The notes beneath the pieces were generated by a model, which did not search any database, had not been told where the DNA came from, and saw only the letters and a list, made by a program, of their open reading frames with translations. Below are positions 55,229 to 56,916 of a stretch of DNA of 56,916 nt, in pieces; within the stretch, counting starts at the first letter, position 1; every line of letters starts with the position of its first letter. This DNA is from an uncultured Bdellovibrionales bacterium (GTDB taxonomy: Bacteria > Patescibacteriota > Minisyncoccia > Moranbacterales > UBA9337), in assembly GCA_964605525.1 (NCBI GenBank), contig CAZSCV010000007.1, positions 1 through 56,916 on the forward strand, in the 5' to 3' direction. The translations under genes were made by a program, and so were the position numbers.

Positions 55229-56338
55229 ATGGAAAAAGATTATAATGCGGATAAGTTGTTTTCAGAAGAAGGAGAATCCGATGAAACAATGACAAATAAG
55301 AAGCAGAAAATTTTGATTACAGGAGGGGCTGGATTTATCGGGCATCATTTTGTGGAGCATTTCCTCAAGAATACCAATTGGGATATTTATGTGGTTGACA
55401 ATCTAACTTATGCGTCAGGAGGATTGAGCAGAATAAAAGATATCGAAGCATATAATGTTGATAGAGTAAAAATTTTTACAGCGGATTTTACCAAACCTCT
55501 TGATCAGCAGGGTTTGATTGATGAAATTGGGCAATTGGATTATATCGTTCATATGGGAGCAGAAACTCATGTTGATAATTCAATTAAGGATCCGAGAAAA
55601 TTTGTGTATGCAAATGTTGTGGGAACATTAGAAGTTTTGGAGTTTGCTCGATTATATCAACCAAATTTGAAGCGTTTCATTTACTTTTCTACTGATGAAG
55701 TGTTTGGACCGGCCCCAGAAGGAGTGTCGTACAAGGAATGGGATAGATATAATTCAGGAAATCCTTATTCTGCTGCTAAAGCGGGAGGAGAAGAGTTGTG
55801 TGTCGCATATTACAATACATATAAAATGCCGATCATTATTACTCATACGATGAATGTTTTCGGCGAAAGACAGCATCCGGAAAAATTTATTCAAAAAGTC
55901 ATCAGAAAAGTATTGGCTGGAGAAGAAGTTACTATTCATGGTAATTCAGACAAGACTAAGTCCGGAACTAGATTTTGGATTCATGCTAGAAATGTTGTCC
56001 AAGCGATGATGTTTATTATAAGCCACAAAGACACCGAAAATGGCGACAAGTTTAATATTGTTGGAGAAAGGGAGGTTTCTAATCTCGAAATAGCCCAAAT
56101 GATTGCAAAAATTCTTGGGAAAGAATTGAAGTATAAAATTACAGATTTTCATGATGAGAGGCCGGGACATGATTTTCGCTATGCTCTTGATGGAGGAAAA
56201 ATGGAAAAAATGGGATGGAAACCTCCAGTTGGATTTGATGAATCATTTAAAAAGACTATCAAATGGATGGCAGCGGATAATCACAAAAAATGGCTTTACG
56301 ATATGGGAGAATTTGATACAATAAAAGAAGTAGCGTAA
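55229..56338 (+). CDS. rmlB: dTDP-glucose 4,6-dehydratase
   Basis: LITGGAGFIG, AETHVDNSI, STDEVFG, YSAAKA, ERPGHDFRYA; start may be 55289. Confidence 0.88.
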   Translation: MEKDYNADKLFSEEGESDETMTNKKQKILITGGAGFIGHHFVEHFLKNTNWDIYVVDNLTYASGGLSRIKDIEAYNVDRVKIFTADFTKPLDQQGLIDEIGQLDYIVHMGAETHVDNSIKDPRKFVYANVVGTLEVLEFARLYQPNLKRFIYFSTDEVFGPAPEGVSYKEWDRYNSGNPYSAAKAGGEELCVAYYNTYKMPIIITHTMNVFGERQHPEKFIQKVIRKVLAGEEVTIHGNSDKTKSGTRFWIHARNVVQAMMFIISHKDTENGDKFNIVGEREVSNLEIAQMIAKILGKELKYKITDFHDERPGHDFRYALDGGKMEKMGWKPPVGFDESFKKTIKWMAADNHKKWLYDMGEFDTIKEVA

Positions 56339-56356
56339 TAATTAAAAATAAAAATT

Positions 56357-56779
56357 ATGATGGAATTAAAATTCAAGGAATTGCAAATTCCAAAATTTCA
56401 AGGACAGGGAGAATATCTAATTAGTCCAGTTGAGCTTAAAGATTATATTGATTGGGAAGTCAAAAGAATTTACTATATAACCGGGGTGTCTAGTGGAGTA
56501 AAAACCGGATCTCATTGCCACAAAGAAGAAAAGGAATTATTTGTGATGCTTTCCGGGACTTGCATGGCGGTAATTGACAGAGGAAATGGTTTGGAAGAAT
56601 TTGAAATGAAGGGACCGCAAAGTGCGATGTATATTGGAAATTATGTTTGGCATAATTTCAAGGATTTTTCTGAGGGTGCTGTGCTTTTGGCTATTACTTC
56701 GACAAACTATGTTCCTGATCGTAGTGACTATATCGAAGATTACGAGGAATATAAAAAAGAAGTAGTCTTGCTGAAATAG
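56357..56779 (+). CDS. FdtA/QdtA-family cupin (dTDP-4-keto-6-deoxyhexose 3,4-ketoisomerase)
   Basis: VKRIYYI, GSHCHK..ELF, VWH, LLAITSTNY..SDYIEDYEEY. Confidence 0.85.
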   Translation: MMELKFKELQIPKFQGQGEYLISPVELKDYIDWEVKRIYYITGVSSGVKTGSHCHKEEKELFVMLSGTCMAVIDRGNGLEEFEMKGPQSAMYIGNYVWHNFKDFSEGAVLLAITSTNYVPDRSDYIEDYEEYKKEVVLLK

Positions 56780-56916
56780 AAGAAATAAAACGAAAAAATC
56801 AGGGGATTGGAATTCCTTTTCTTTGGCTTTTTTGCTTAGAACTGATAAAATAAAAATAGAATTAAATAGTTTTTCCCAGAAGGTAATCCACCAGTTCTAC
56901 TGGTGAGACTTGAATA

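Noticed and set aside
905-56170. Numerous 60-180 aa ORFs antisense to or overlapping well-supported genes
   Set aside because: Fully nested in recognised CDSs, lacking motifs; typical shadow frames
1-56916. CRISPR array / cas genes
   Set aside because: No series of equal-length repeats separated by unique spacers; the repeats found are tandem 7-9-mers or isolated pairs; no cas motifs
1-56916. Alternative genetic code (TGA=Gly as in Gracilibacteria/Absconditabacteria)
   Set aside because: TGA ends full-length genes at expected positions (kinase 2, thyX, tmk, ftsI), and core genes are not broken by TGA

Overview
AT-rich bacterial chromosomal region with the gene content and style of a Patescibacteria (CPR/Parcubacteria, possibly Moranbacteria-like) genome; this is an inference from gene style, not a database result. 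It uses the standard code (TGA terminates several genes). Housekeeping content: tRNA-Ala/Ile, secE-nusG-rplK-rplA, gatB, miaA/miaB, thrS, dnaE, rnhB-rpmF-nusB-rnc-smc, rpsP, rplJ-rplL, tRNA-Gln, dnaX, a short dcw cluster (mraZ-rsmH-ftsL-ftsI-murF), tRNA-Glu and glyA. Notable parts: (1) A compact deoxynucleotide cluster at 2660-7940 with three paralogous P-loop NMP-kinase-like genes, dCMP deaminase, a tandem two-domain ThyX, Tmk and dUTPase. (2) A stand-alone ~175-nt structured RNA candidate at 10735-10912 with its own sigma70 promoter and terminator, antisense between miaB and miaA. (3) Several families of tiny palindromic or tandem repeats inserted in-frame in housekeeping genes or abutting start codons. 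(4) A ~6.6-kb ECF-sigma/MacAB-type ABC island next to tRNA-Glu, bracketed by 42-bp direct repeats and lacking an integrase. (5) A surface-polysaccharide region (GT4, Wzz-like, DUF4012-like, RmlD with a Cys-rich insertion, RmlB, FdtA-like) interrupted by glyA and an inactivated DDE insertion sequence. No CRISPR array or rRNA gene was seen. All family assignments come from motif recognition by eye.
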